DNA from: Steroidobacteraceae bacterium | GTDB taxonomy: Bacteria; Pseudomonadota; Gammaproteobacteria; Steroidobacterales; Steroidobacteraceae | Length of the DNA stretch: 58,988 nt | Assembly (NCBI GenBank): GCA_018059685.1 | Contig: JAGOXN010000001.1 | Span: forward strand, 1 to 58,988 | Direction: 5' to 3' | Shown here: positions 9,027 to 17,585 of the stretch, one piece after another | Layout: the number at the start of each line of letters is the position of its first letter | How positions within the stretch are numbered: position 1 is the first letter of the stretch | Made by a program: the position numbers and the translations under genes | Notes under the pieces: generated by a model | Databases searched by the model: none | The model's input: only the letters and a program-made list of their open reading frames with translations | What the model was told of the DNA's origin: nothing

Positions 9027-9515
9027 CTACAAGCGGGATGGTGTACGGCGGCGCGTCGCCAGGATCTCGTCGACGAGGCCCGCAGAGGCTTCCTCGACGA
9101 GGTCGAGCACGCGTTCGAAGCCGATCGGGCCGCCGTAGTAGGGATCCGGGACGTCCTCGAGTTCGACGGTTGACGCGAACTCCAGGAAGAGGCGGACCCG
9201 CGAGCGGTACTCCTGCGGGCTGCGATCGAGCAGGATCTCGCGGTTGAGCCGGTCCATCGCGATGATCAGATCGAAGCGACCGAAATCGGACTGCTCGACC
9301 TGACGAGCGCGAATCGCGCTCAGGTCGAGGCCACGCCGCGCTGCGGCCGCAATCGCGCGCGGGTCCGGTGGATCACCGACGTGATAGCCGTGCGTCCCGG
9401 CGGAGTCGACTTCCAGCTCGAGTTCGGGGATCCTCTCGGCTGCGAGTCGGCGGAACACGCCCTCGGCCGTCGGTGAGCGGCAGATGTTTCCCATGCAGAC
9501 GAACAGGACTCTCAT
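9027..9515 (-). CDS. Low-molecular-weight protein-tyrosine phosphatase
   Basis: MRVLFVCMGNICRSPTAE carries the CX5R(S/T) P-loop, and a downstream DP motif is present. Confidence 0.9.
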   Translation of the reverse strand: MRVLFVCMGNICRSPTAEGVFRRLAAERIPELELEVDSAGTHGYHVGDPPDPRAIAAAARRGLDLSAIRARQVEQSDFGRFDLIIAMDRLNREILLDRSPQEYRSRVRLFLEFASTVELEDVPDPYYGGPIGFERVLDLVEEASAGLVDEILATRRRTPSRL

Positions 9516-9572
9516 GTCGCTCCGTGCTGTTGCAGGCTGGCGCCGCCATTCTACCGCGCAGCGCTGGCAGCG

Positions 9573-10784
9573 ATGAGCCGCGGGACCCGGCGCCTCGCCG
9601 TCTACGCGCTGCTTGGCGTGCTGGTGCTAATCGCCGGCCTCGCGGCCTTCCTGCGCTGGGGACCCATCACGATCTCGAGTCCCCGCATGCTCGCGGACTT
9701 TGCCCTCGGCCGGGGCATCGATCCGCCCACCGCGGAACAGGTGGCCGCGCGCCTTCAGGTCGCGCCCGGGTTCAGCCTGCAGGCCTACTCGACCGACGTG
9801 CCGCTCGCGCGGGTGATGGTCGTCACCTCATCGGGCGACGTCATCGTCAGTCGCACGCGTCTCGGCATCGTGTCGATACTCGAGCGGGATCGCGATGGCG
9901 ACGGGCGCGCCGACGGCGTGCGCACCCTGTTCGAAAATCTCGACGGGCCCCATGGCCTCGCGCTGCACGAAGGCTGGCTCTATGTCGCGGAGAAGACGGC
10001 TGTCGGCCGGGTTCGCTTCGATGCCGCACGCGGCGCCGTCACGGGGCCATACACGCACGTCCTGACCGGGCTCACGAGCAACGGCTTTCACCAGACGAAG
10101 TCGATCGGCTTCGGTCCGGACGGCTGGCTGTACCTCAGCCAGGGTTCGACCTGCAACGCCTGTGTCGAGGCCGACGGGCGTCGTGCCGCGATGATGCGCA
10201 TGCAACCCGATGGCTCGAGGGCAGAGATCGTCGCCACCGGCCTGCGCAACAGCGTTGGATTCGACTGGGCACCCTGGGACGGAGCCGTGTACGCGACGGA
10301 GAACGGCCGCGATCTCCTGGGGGACGACTTTCCTCCGGACGAGCTGAATCGCATCGAGTCGGGCGGCTTCTACGGCTGGCCCTACTTCAATGGCGCCGGA
10401 GTACCCGACCCGGACGTTGCGCCCGCACCGGGAACGCAACCGCCGCCGTCCACGTCACCGGTGCACGAATTCCGGCCACACAACGCCCCGCTCGGCGTGC
10501 ATTTCCTGCGCGTCGCGAACGCAGGCTCCGGATACGAGCGGACGGCGCTCGTGGCTCTGCACGGGTCGTGGAATCGGCGTGTGCCGGATGGCTACAAGGT
10601 GGTCGCACTTCACTGGATGGCGGACGGCAGCATCGTCGAACGTGATTTCCTGACCGGGTTCCTCGGCCCGGACGGCGTCATCGGACGTCCTGCCTTCATC
10701 GCGGAGGGGCCGGACGGCGCGCTCTACGTATCGGACGACTATGCAGGCGTCATCTACCGGGTGGTCGCGCGTCAGGGCCACTGA
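9573..10784 (+). CDS. PQQ-dependent sugar (glucose/sorbosone) dehydrogenase-like beta-propeller protein
   Basis: N-terminal membrane anchor or signal sequence, then repeated propeller-type motifs typical of the soluble glucose/sorbosone dehydrogenase family (GLRNSVGFDW, ENGRD, GGFYGWPY). Confidence 0.75.
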   Translation: MSRGTRRLAVYALLGVLVLIAGLAAFLRWGPITISSPRMLADFALGRGIDPPTAEQVAARLQVAPGFSLQAYSTDVPLARVMVVTSSGDVIVSRTRLGIVSILERDRDGDGRADGVRTLFENLDGPHGLALHEGWLYVAEKTAVGRVRFDAARGAVTGPYTHVLTGLTSNGFHQTKSIGFGPDGWLYLSQGSTCNACVEADGRRAAMMRMQPDGSRAEIVATGLRNSVGFDWAPWDGAVYATENGRDLLGDDFPPDELNRIESGGFYGWPYFNGAGVPDPDVAPAPGTQPPPSTSPVHEFRPHNAPLGVHFLRVANAGSGYERTALVALHGSWNRRVPDGYKVVALHWMADGSIVERDFLTGFLGPDGVIGRPAFIAEGPDGALYVSDDYAGVIYRVVARQGH

Positions 10785-11152
10785 TGGGCGTTCGAGTCGA
10801 AGGCCGGGGAACTCCTGCGCACGATGCAGAAGCGCTGGCCGGTGGGCGCCTCCATGACCCACCACGTCTCGACCTGCGCGACGCGACGCGCTCCGAGCGC
10901 CTCGAGCCGGCGAACCTCGGCCTCGATATCGTCCGTCTCGATATCGACGTGGACCCGGCTCGGATGACTCACGGCCTGTACCTCGATGTGGAGGTCGCCG
11001 GACGGGTCGACGAGCCGCGCGTACTTCTCCCCTTCCTCGGCCGGTAAGGCGCGGACTTCCATGCCCAGGGCACCGCCCCAGAATTCCGCGGCCGCCGACA
11101 GGTCATCCGTCCGGCAGTCGATGATGAATCCCGCGAGCCTGCTCTTGTGCAT
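10772..11152 (-). CDS. VOC (glyoxalase/bleomycin-resistance/dioxygenase) family protein
   Basis: Trimmed to the ATG at 11152 (MHKSRLAGFIIDC...). VOC-like beta-alpha-beta pattern with H..E metal ligand positions. The 3' end overlaps the convergent gene by 13 nt. Confidence 0.7.
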   Translation of the reverse strand: MHKSRLAGFIIDCRTDDLSAAAEFWGGALGMEVRALPAEEGEKYARLVDPSGDLHIEVQAVSHPSRVHVDIETDDIEAEVRRLEALGARRVAQVETWWVMEAPTGQRFCIVRRSSPAFDSNAHQWP

Positions 11153-11281
11153 CGCCTGCCCTCGTCGCCCTGAGTGGGGCCCGATGGTAGTGCATCCGCC
11201 GGATCGACGCTCCGCACGTTGGACCGGGCCTGGTCGGGGTGACAAACTCAGCCTTCGGCGGAGGTCTGCCGCTCAATCGCG

Positions 11282-11641
11282 ATGTCGAACTCGAGACTCG
11301 TCTACTCCACTGGTCGGGGCCGCCTGTGTCCGGAATGCGGTCGCCCCGTGGCCGACTGCCGCTGCCGGCGCAGCAAGGCCGCCGTCGTCGCACCGAGGGG
11401 CGACGGCACCGTGCGGGTCGGTCGCGAGACCAGTGGACGCAAGGGCAAGGGCGTGACCGTGATCACCGGCCTGCCGCTCGCAGGCGCGCCGCTCGACGAA
11501 CTGGCCACCCGCCTGAAGAAGCGTTGCGGCTCGGGCGGCACCGTGCGCGAAGGCGTGATCGAGATCCAGGGCGATCACCGCGATGTGCTCGTCGCGGAGC
11601 TCTCCCGCCTCGGCTACCCGGTCAAGCGCTCCGGCGGCTGA
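11282..11641 (+). CDS. yciH: Translation initiation factor SUI1/YciH family
   Basis: Zinc-ribbon-like N-terminus (CPECG...C.C) and SUI1 core ([13 protein letters not shown]...GGTV..G.IEIQGD). Confidence 0.88.
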   Translation: MSNSRLVYSTGRGRLCPECGRPVADCRCRRSKAAVVAPRGDGTVRVGRETSGRKGKGVTVITGLPLAGAPLDELATRLKKRCGSGGTVREGVIEIQGDHRDVLVAELSRLGYPVKRSGG

Positions 11642-11652
11642 GCGTCGGCCGC

Positions 11653-12363
11653 GTGCGGCTCAACAAGTATCTCGCCGAGACCGGCGCCTGTTCGCGCCGC
11701 GAGGCCGACGAGTGGATCGAGGCCGGTCGTGTCACCGTGAACGGTGCCCGGGCCGTGCTCGGCACGCAGGTAAACGACGGCGACGAAGTGCGTGTGGATG
11801 GCGCGCCCGCCGGCGTCCGGCCGCGCCGGATCTACCTCGCCCTCAACAAGCCGGTCGGAATCGAATGCACGACCGACCGCACGGTGCCCGGCAACATCGT
11901 CGACTTCGTCGGCCACCCGGAGAGAATCTTCCCGGTCGGCCGGCTCGACAAGGACTCCGAAGGCCTCATCCTGCTCACCAACGACGGCGACATCGTCAAT
12001 ACCATCCTGCGGGCGGAGAACGAGCACGAGAAGGAATACCTCGTCGCGGTGGATCGGCCGCTCACGACGCAGTTCCTCGCGGCCATGGCACGCGGCGTGC
12101 CGATCCTGGACACCGTGACGAACCCCTGCAGGTTGACGCCGGTCGGCAGGAACACCTTCCGCATCGTGCTCACGCAGGGTCTCAACCGGCAGATACGCCG
12201 CATGTGCGAGCACTTCGGGTACACGGTCCGCAGGCTGCAGCGCGTGCGGATCATGAGCGTCCACCTCGGCCGGCTCCCCGTCGGCGAATGGCGCAGCCTC
12301 ACGCCTGCGGAACTGCGCGGCCTGCGACCGGCGGGCCGGCCGGTCCTCAGCCTGAAGAAATAG
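11653..12363 (+). CDS. rluF: 23S rRNA pseudouridine synthase RluF
   Basis: GTG start gives (M)[21 protein letters not shown] (S4 domain). The core has [17 protein letters not shown] and [15 protein letters not shown], close to E. coli RluF. The upstream part of the 374-aa track ORF overlaps yciH in another frame and was discarded. Confidence 0.88.
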   Translation: MRLNKYLAETGACSRREADEWIEAGRVTVNGARAVLGTQVNDGDEVRVDGAPAGVRPRRIYLALNKPVGIECTTDRTVPGNIVDFVGHPERIFPVGRLDKDSEGLILLTNDGDIVNTILRAENEHEKEYLVAVDRPLTTQFLAAMARGVPILDTVTNPCRLTPVGRNTFRIVLTQGLNRQIRRMCEHFGYTVRRLQRVRIMSVHLGRLPVGEWRSLTPAELRGLRPAGRPVLSLKK

Positions 12364-12673
12364 CGTCGGCCTCGCGCCGGCTGCGCTTGTGGCGCAGGTC
12401 GAGGTAGAGGTTGTACATGGCGACGCCGGCTGGAAACAGGTTCGACAGGATGCCCACCGAGTCGTTCTTGCCGAAGACGAAGTAGGACAGCAGCAGGACG
12501 CTGCCGGTGATGCTCATCAGCCAGAAGGCGGTCGGAACCACCGGCCGGCGGTGCTTGCGCGAGTAGTGCATCTGCACGAACCAGCGGCCCGCGAACAGCG
12601 CCACGCCGAGGTAGCCGATGAGTTTCCACGGCGTGATGGTCAGACCGAACGCGGTCGTCAGCACCTCGTTCAT
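12347..12673 (-). CDS. Lipid-A-disaccharide synthase N-terminal domain (LAB_N) small membrane protein
   Basis: Three predicted transmembrane helices and motifs (GRW.VQ...S.K, FW..S..GS..LL.Y) typical of this family. It lies at the end of the kdsB/lpxK cluster. Confidence 0.7.
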   Translation of the reverse strand: MNEVLTTAFGLTITPWKLIGYLGVALFAGRWFVQMHYSRKHRRPVVPTAFWLMSITGSVLLLSYFVFGKNDSVGILSNLFPAGVAMYNLYLDLRHKRSRREADAISSG

Positions 12674-12700
12674 GCGACTACTCCGGACAGGACTGGGTCT

Positions 12701-13474
12701 TCATGCCGCGCCGAGCTGGCGACGCGCGCGGCGCAGATCCGACTCGGTGTCGACGCCTGGCTGGGGCGGCTCGAGGCAGGCCGCGACGGCGATCCGCACG
12801 CCGTTCTGCAGCGCCCGCAACTGCTCGAGCCTCTCGATGAGCTCGAGGCTCGACGGCACCATCGCGGTGACGCGCCGCAGGCAACCGACGCGATAGGCGT
12901 AGATGCCCACGTGCCGCATGGCACCGGCGAACTCGCGCTGGCTGCCGATTGCGCCCCTCGCGCCGTCGCGGGCCCAGGGAATCGGCGCGCGACTGAAGTA
13001 GAGCGCCGCCCCGTCGCGGGCCGTGACGACCTTGACGACGTTCGGGTCGAGGAACTCGGCGAGGCGCTCGATCGGCGTGGCCAGCGTCGCGATTCCCGCG
13101 GTCGTATCCCGCACCAGGAGATCCGCAACCTGTTCGATGAGGCGCGGCGGCAGGAACGGCTCGTCGCCCTGCACGTTCACGACGATCGTGTCGTCGTCCC
13201 AGCCGCGCAGCGCCGCCACGGCCGCGACCCGGTCGGTGCCCGAGGGCAGTTCCACTGCGGTCAGGACGGCGATCCGCTCGCCCGGCGCGCGCGGGTCGAC
13301 GACGACTGCCGCGATGCGCTCGTCATCCGTCGCGACCAGAACCTCCCGCGCGCTGCTGGCGCAGGCACGCTCGACCACGCGCTGGATCATCGGCTGGCCG
13401 CCGATGTCGAGCAGCGGCTTGCCTGGCAGCCGGGTCGACGCGTAACGCGCCGGTATGACGACGTGGAAGCTCAC
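12701..13474 (-). CDS. kdsB: 3-deoxy-manno-octulosonate cytidylyltransferase (CMP-KDO synthetase)
   Basis: GTG start at 13474 gives (M)SFHVVIPARYASTRLPGKPL, the canonical KdsB N-terminus. This start abuts the stop of the upstream Trm112-like gene. Confidence 0.9.
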   Translation of the reverse strand: MSFHVVIPARYASTRLPGKPLLDIGGQPMIQRVVERACASSAREVLVATDDERIAAVVVDPRAPGERIAVLTAVELPSGTDRVAAVAALRGWDDDTIVVNVQGDEPFLPPRLIEQVADLLVRDTTAGIATLATPIERLAEFLDPNVVKVVTARDGAALYFSRAPIPWARDGARGAIGSQREFAGAMRHVGIYAYRVGCLRRVTAMVPSSLELIERLEQLRALQNGVRIAVAACLEPPQPGVDTESDLRRARRQLGAA

Positions 13475-13476
13475 GG

Positions 13477-13680
13477 TCAGCCTGCGAGCAGCGGGTCGCC
13501 GGTGTCGAGCGCGCGCGCCTCCTCCTCCAGCATCACCGGGATGCCATCGCGCACCGGGAAGGCAAGCCGGTCCGCGCGGCAGACGAGGCAGGGGACCTCC
13601 TTGTGCCACAGCAGCGGGCCCTTGCAGACCGGGCAGGCGAGGATGTCGAGCAGCTTGCTATCCAAGTTTGACTCCCGCAC
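13477..13680 (-). CDS. Trm112/YcaR (UPF0434) family protein
   Basis: [14 protein letters not shown]...L.C......[11 protein letters not shown] pattern. Conserved position between lpxK and kdsB. Confidence 0.85.
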   Translation of the reverse strand: MRESNLDSKLLDILACPVCKGPLLWHKEVPCLVCRADRLAFPVRDGIPVMLEEEARALDTGDPLLAG

Positions 13681-14698
13681 CGGTCAGGCCGGTGCGCTCG
13701 ATGACCGTGTCGAGCAGGGCCGCGGCTTCCGCCCGGTCGATGTGGATGCCGAGTTCCACGAACCACCAGCCGGGTCGGGCGAATGGCTGGCATTTTACGG
13801 CATCTTTCTCCGTCATCAGGACCGTTGCATCGGCCGGCAACGGCAGGGACGACGGATCGAGCGACGCGTGGTCCGGCAGGGCGCGGGCGACGACGTCGAG
13901 CCCGGCGTCGCGCAGGCCGGCGAAGAAGGCCTGCGGGTGACCGATCGCAGCGAGCGCGTGCACGGCCTTGCCGGTGAATGCAGCGAGGGCACGACGTTCA
14001 CCGGACACGAGATTCACGGCATCACCGAGCCGGAAGCGCGCATGCACGACCCGGGGCCCCCCCAGTTCCATGCGGGCCCGCGCACCTCGGCCCCTGGCCG
14101 TCAACACTACGGCGTGCGTACGTTCGATGCGGCTCGGCGGTTCACGCAGAGGACCCGCCGGCAGCATTCGCCCGTTCCCGAAACCCCGCTCGGCATCGAC
14201 CACCGCGATTTCGCAATCGCGGGCGAGACGCAGGTGCTGCAGGCCGTCGTCACAGACGATCACTTCGGCTCCGTCCTCCGCTGCGAGCCGCGCGGCGGCA
14301 ACGCGGTCCGCACCGATCGCTACGACATGGGGCCCGTGCGCAACGTGCACGAGTGCTTCGTCGCCGACATCGACAGGCGCGTCCGCGGCCGAGACGCGAC
14401 GGGCATGACCCGGGTGGCGCCCGCGGTAACCCCGCAACACGACCCCGACGCGCCGGCCCCTCAGTCCCAGCTCATGGGCGAGCCAGGCGGCCACCGGCGT
14501 CTTACCCGTACCACCGACCGTCACGTTGCCGACCACGATCACGGGCACGCCCACGAAGTGCGTGCGCAGCAACCCGAGCCGGTAGAGCTCCCTGCGCAGC
14601 GCCACGACGGCCCGGAACAGCCAGGCGAGCGGCCAGAGCGGCAGGCTGAGCCACGCGGGCCCGTACCAGAGCCGCTGGACCACGGCGTCGGCGCTCAT
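13658..14698 (-). CDS. lpxK: Tetraacyldisaccharide 4'-kinase
   Basis: P-loop [13 protein letters not shown] and overall LpxK-like sequence. The ATG overlaps the msbA stop (ATGA). Confidence 0.92.
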   Translation of the reverse strand: MSADAVVQRLWYGPAWLSLPLWPLAWLFRAVVALRRELYRLGLLRTHFVGVPVIVVGNVTVGGTGKTPVAAWLAHELGLRGRRVGVVLRGYRGRHPGHARRVSAADAPVDVGDEALVHVAHGPHVVAIGADRVAAARLAAEDGAEVIVCDDGLQHLRLARDCEIAVVDAERGFGNGRMLPAGPLREPPSRIERTHAVVLTARGRGARARMELGGPRVVHARFRLGDAVNLVSGERRALAAFTGKAVHALAAIGHPQAFFAGLRDAGLDVVARALPDHASLDPSSLPLPADATVLMTEKDAVKCQPFARPGWWFVELGIHIDRAEAAALLDTVIERTGLTGAGVKLG

Positions 14699-16461
14699 TC
14701 GTTGAACTGCATCCGGTACAGGACGGCGTACTGGCCGTCGCGCGCCAGCAGCTCCTGGTGCGTGCCGGTCTCGACCAGGCGGCCGCCGTCCATGACCAGG
14801 ATCCGGTCGGCCTTCTCCACCGTGGACAGTCGATGTGCGATGACGAGCGTCGTGCGGTCCTTCATCAGCTGTTCGAGCTGCTCCTGGATCTGCCGCTCGA
14901 GTTCCGTGTCGAGCGCGGAGGTGGCTTCGTCGAGGATGAGGATCGGCGTGTTGCGCAGCAGGGCCCGCGCGATCGCGATCCGCTGGCGCTGCCCGCCCGA
15001 GAGCAGCGCGCCGCGGTCGCCGACGACCGTTTCGAGACCGTCCGGCATCTGGTCCGTGAACTCGGTGACGCGCGCGGCGCGTGCCGCCGCCTCGATCTCG
15101 TCCACGCCGGCGGGAAATCCGAACGCGATGTTGCTGCGGATGGAGTCGTTGAACAGCACGACGTCCTGGCTCACGAGGCTCATCTGGGCGCGCAGTTGGC
15201 CGAGCGGGTATTCGCGGACGTCGTGCCCGTCGAGGAGCACGCTGCCGCCGCTCACGTCGTAGAAGCGGGGCAGCAGGTTCACGATCGTGGACTTGCCGCT
15301 GCCCGAGCGACCCACGATGGCGCAGGTCTCGCCCCGGCGCACCTGGAAGCTCACGCCGTGCAGGACGTCCTCCGCCCCCGCCGGGTAGCGGAACCGTGCC
15401 GCCCGGTACTCGATCTCGCCACGCACCCGGGTCACGGGCAGGGTCCCACCCGCGGGCTCGGGCGGCGTGTCGAGGATCTCGAAGATGTTCTGCGCGGCGG
15501 CAATACCCTGCTGCAGCGGGCCGGCGACGTTGACGAGGCGGCGCAGCGGCGCCGTGATCAACATCAGCGCCGCGATGAACGAGGTGAACTCGCCGACGGT
15601 CATGCGCCCGTTGATCGCGTCGACGGTGGCGAGGTAGAGCACGCCGGCGAGACCGGTCGCCGCGATGGTCTGCACCACCGGGTTGCTGAGCGCCTTGGTC
15701 AGCATCAGCTTCATGTGCGAGCGACGGTTGTGCTCGATCACGGCGTCGAACAGCGAGGCCTCGTAGTCCTGTGCGTTGAACACCCGCACGACGCGCGGGG
15801 CCTCGATCGCCTCCTTCGCCACGCGCGTCACGTCGCCCATGGAGTCCTGGATGCGGCGGCTGTAGCGACGGAACAGCAGGTTGATCCGCCGGATGAGAAC
15901 CGCGATCAGCGGGCCGACCACCAGGCTGAACAGGGTCAGCCTCGGATTGAGGTAGAGCAGGTAGCCGATGAGCCCGACGATGGTGAGGCTGTCGCGGATG
16001 AAGACCGTGATGGAGTCCGTCGTCGCCTGCGCGACCTGCTCGGTGTTGTAGGTGAGCCGCGACAGCAGGACGCCGGACGCCTGCCGGTCGAAATACCCGA
16101 CGGGCAGCCGCAGGAAGCGGTCGAAGATCTGGCCCCGCAGCGTCTTGACGATCCGGCGGCCGACGTAGCCGGGGCAGTAGGTCTGCAGGAAGTCGCCGGC
16201 TCCGCGCAGGACGAAGAGCCCGACCAGCGCGAGCGGCACGAGCCAGACCATGCGCTCGTCCTTCGCGACGAAGGTGCCGTCGAGGAAGAACTTGACGAAC
16301 GCAGCCCAGCCGGCGTCGGTCGCGGCGAAGATTGCCATTCCCAGCACGCCGAACAGGAAGACGCCCTTGTGCGGCCGCAGGTAGCCGAGCAGCCTGCGAT
16401 AGGTCGCCAGGGCGCCTGGCGGCATCCGCGTCTCGGACCTCTTACCCGCCCGGGGCGCCAT
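14695..16461 (-). CDS. msbA: Lipid A export ABC transporter MsbA (permease/ATPase fusion)
   Basis: Six-helix transmembrane domain, Walker A GRSGSGKST, LSGGQRQR signature and Walker B ILILDEATSALD. An alternative start at 16425 (MPPGALATYRRLL) is possible. Confidence 0.92.
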   Translation of the reverse strand: MAPRAGKRSETRMPPGALATYRRLLGYLRPHKGVFLFGVLGMAIFAATDAGWAAFVKFFLDGTFVAKDERMVWLVPLALVGLFVLRGAGDFLQTYCPGYVGRRIVKTLRGQIFDRFLRLPVGYFDRQASGVLLSRLTYNTEQVAQATTDSITVFIRDSLTIVGLIGYLLYLNPRLTLFSLVVGPLIAVLIRRINLLFRRYSRRIQDSMGDVTRVAKEAIEAPRVVRVFNAQDYEASLFDAVIEHNRRSHMKLMLTKALSNPVVQTIAATGLAGVLYLATVDAINGRMTVGEFTSFIAALMLITAPLRRLVNVAGPLQQGIAAAQNIFEILDTPPEPAGGTLPVTRVRGEIEYRAARFRYPAGAEDVLHGVSFQVRRGETCAIVGRSGSGKSTIVNLLPRFYDVSGGSVLLDGHDVREYPLGQLRAQMSLVSQDVVLFNDSIRSNIAFGFPAGVDEIEAAARAARVTEFTDQMPDGLETVVGDRGALLSGGQRQRIAIARALLRNTPILILDEATSALDTELERQIQEQLEQLMKDRTTLVIAHRLSTVEKADRILVMDGGRLVETGTHQELLARDGQYAVLYRMQFNE

Positions 16462-16870
16462 CGTTGACTGTTGCGATGTTGATCTGCCGGTAGCCGAGGC
16501 GGCCTGCGACGTCCATCGCGGTCACGACCGACTGGTGCATGGCCCGCGCATCGGCGCGGATGGTGACCGGTATCGCGCGATTGCCCTTGGCGGTCCGGCC
16601 GATTGCGACCGCCAGCGTGTCGGGGCTGTTGTTGATGAGCGGACGTCCGTTGACGCGGTAGCCGCCTTCGGCCGTCACCTCGATCTCGACCGCGTCGCGC
16701 ACCGATACCGCATCCGGCTCCACGCCCGCCTCGGGCAGGCGGATCTGCAGCCGCCCCTCGTCGATGAACCGCGTCGAGAGCATGAAGAAGATGAGCAGCA
16801 GGAGCACGACGTCGATGAGCGACGTCATGTTGAGGTCGGGTTCCTCTCTGCGCCGCGGCTGGAACCTCAC
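16442..16870 (-). CDS. exbD: ExbD/TolR family biopolymer transport protein
   Basis: GTG start at 16870 overlaps the exbB stop (GTGA). The motif LNMTSLIDVVLLLLIFFM is typical of ExbD/TolR. The rest of the 377-aa track ORF is shadow sequence. Confidence 0.85.
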   Translation of the reverse strand: MRFQPRRREEPDLNMTSLIDVVLLLLIFFMLSTRFIDEGRLQIRLPEAGVEPDAVSVRDAVEIEVTAEGGYRVNGRPLINNSPDTLAVAIGRTAKGNRAIPVTIRADARAMHQSVVTAMDVAGRLGYRQINIATVNDGAPGG

Positions 16871-17508
16871 GCGGCGACGTCCTCCAGCGCGAGGGGACGG
16901 GTTCCGGACGACCGGTCGATCGCCTGTACGAGCTTGATGGATTCCTTCTCCATCTGGATCACGTGGGCGTCCACGAGACCGCGCAGGTACCGGTAAGCCA
17001 CGAGCGCAGGAATGGCGACCAGCAACCCGGCCGCCGTGGTGATCAGTGCCTCGGCAATGCCGCTTGCCATCGCAGTCGGGTTGCCGACGCCCGCAACCGT
17101 AATCGCCTTGAACGTGCGGATCATGCCGGTGACGGTACCGAGCAGGCCGAGCAACGGCGAGATCGCCGCGATCGTGCCGAGCATGTTGAGGAAGCGCTCG
17201 AGGTCGTGCACGACGTGGCGCCCCGCGTCCTCGATCGCGCCGATCATCACCGCCCGGTCGCGATGGCGGTTCGCGAGCCCGGCCGCGAGCACCCGGCCGA
17301 GCGGCGAATGCTGCTGCAGCGCGAGGATCTGCTTGTCCGACAGCGCCCGGTTCTCTACCCACTGCCAGACCTTGTCGGTCAGCTCGGCCGGAACGACGCG
17401 GGGTTCGCGCAGGGTCCACAGTCGCTCGAGGATGATGGCGACTGCCATGATGGAGCACAGGATGATCGGCACCATCACGATGCCGCCGGCCTTCACGATT
17501 TCGAACAT
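16867..17508 (-). CDS. exbB: MotA/TolQ/ExbB proton-channel family protein
   Basis: Trimmed to the ATG at 17508 (MFEIVKAGGIVMVPII...). Conserved LGLLGTVTGMI and IAEALITTAAGL segments. Confidence 0.88.
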   Translation of the reverse strand: MFEIVKAGGIVMVPIILCSIMAVAIILERLWTLREPRVVPAELTDKVWQWVENRALSDKQILALQQHSPLGRVLAAGLANRHRDRAVMIGAIEDAGRHVVHDLERFLNMLGTIAAISPLLGLLGTVTGMIRTFKAITVAGVGNPTAMASGIAEALITTAAGLLVAIPALVAYRYLRGLVDAHVIQMEKESIKLVQAIDRSSGTRPLALEDVAA

Positions 17509-17585
17509 GTGCTCGCTCGCATCCCTCTGCGCTGGGCCCGCGGATGATACTTGAAGGCCCTGCGTGCTGCGACACGCCCCGATGC

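Noticed and set aside
12389-15262. Very long ORFs on the strand opposite to, or out of frame with, recognised genes. Examples: 12389..15262 (957 aa), 24900..28280 (1126 aa), 28091..30661 (856 aa), 41526..44267 (913 aa), 53945..56122 (725 aa), 36029..37933 (634 aa) and 707..2038 (443 aa).
   Set aside because: Their translations are Arg/Ala/Pro/Gly-rich low-complexity strings with no recognisable motifs. Each one lies antisense to, or frame-shifted over, a gene with unmistakable conserved motifs. Such shadow ORFs are expected in very high-GC DNA because stop codons are rare.
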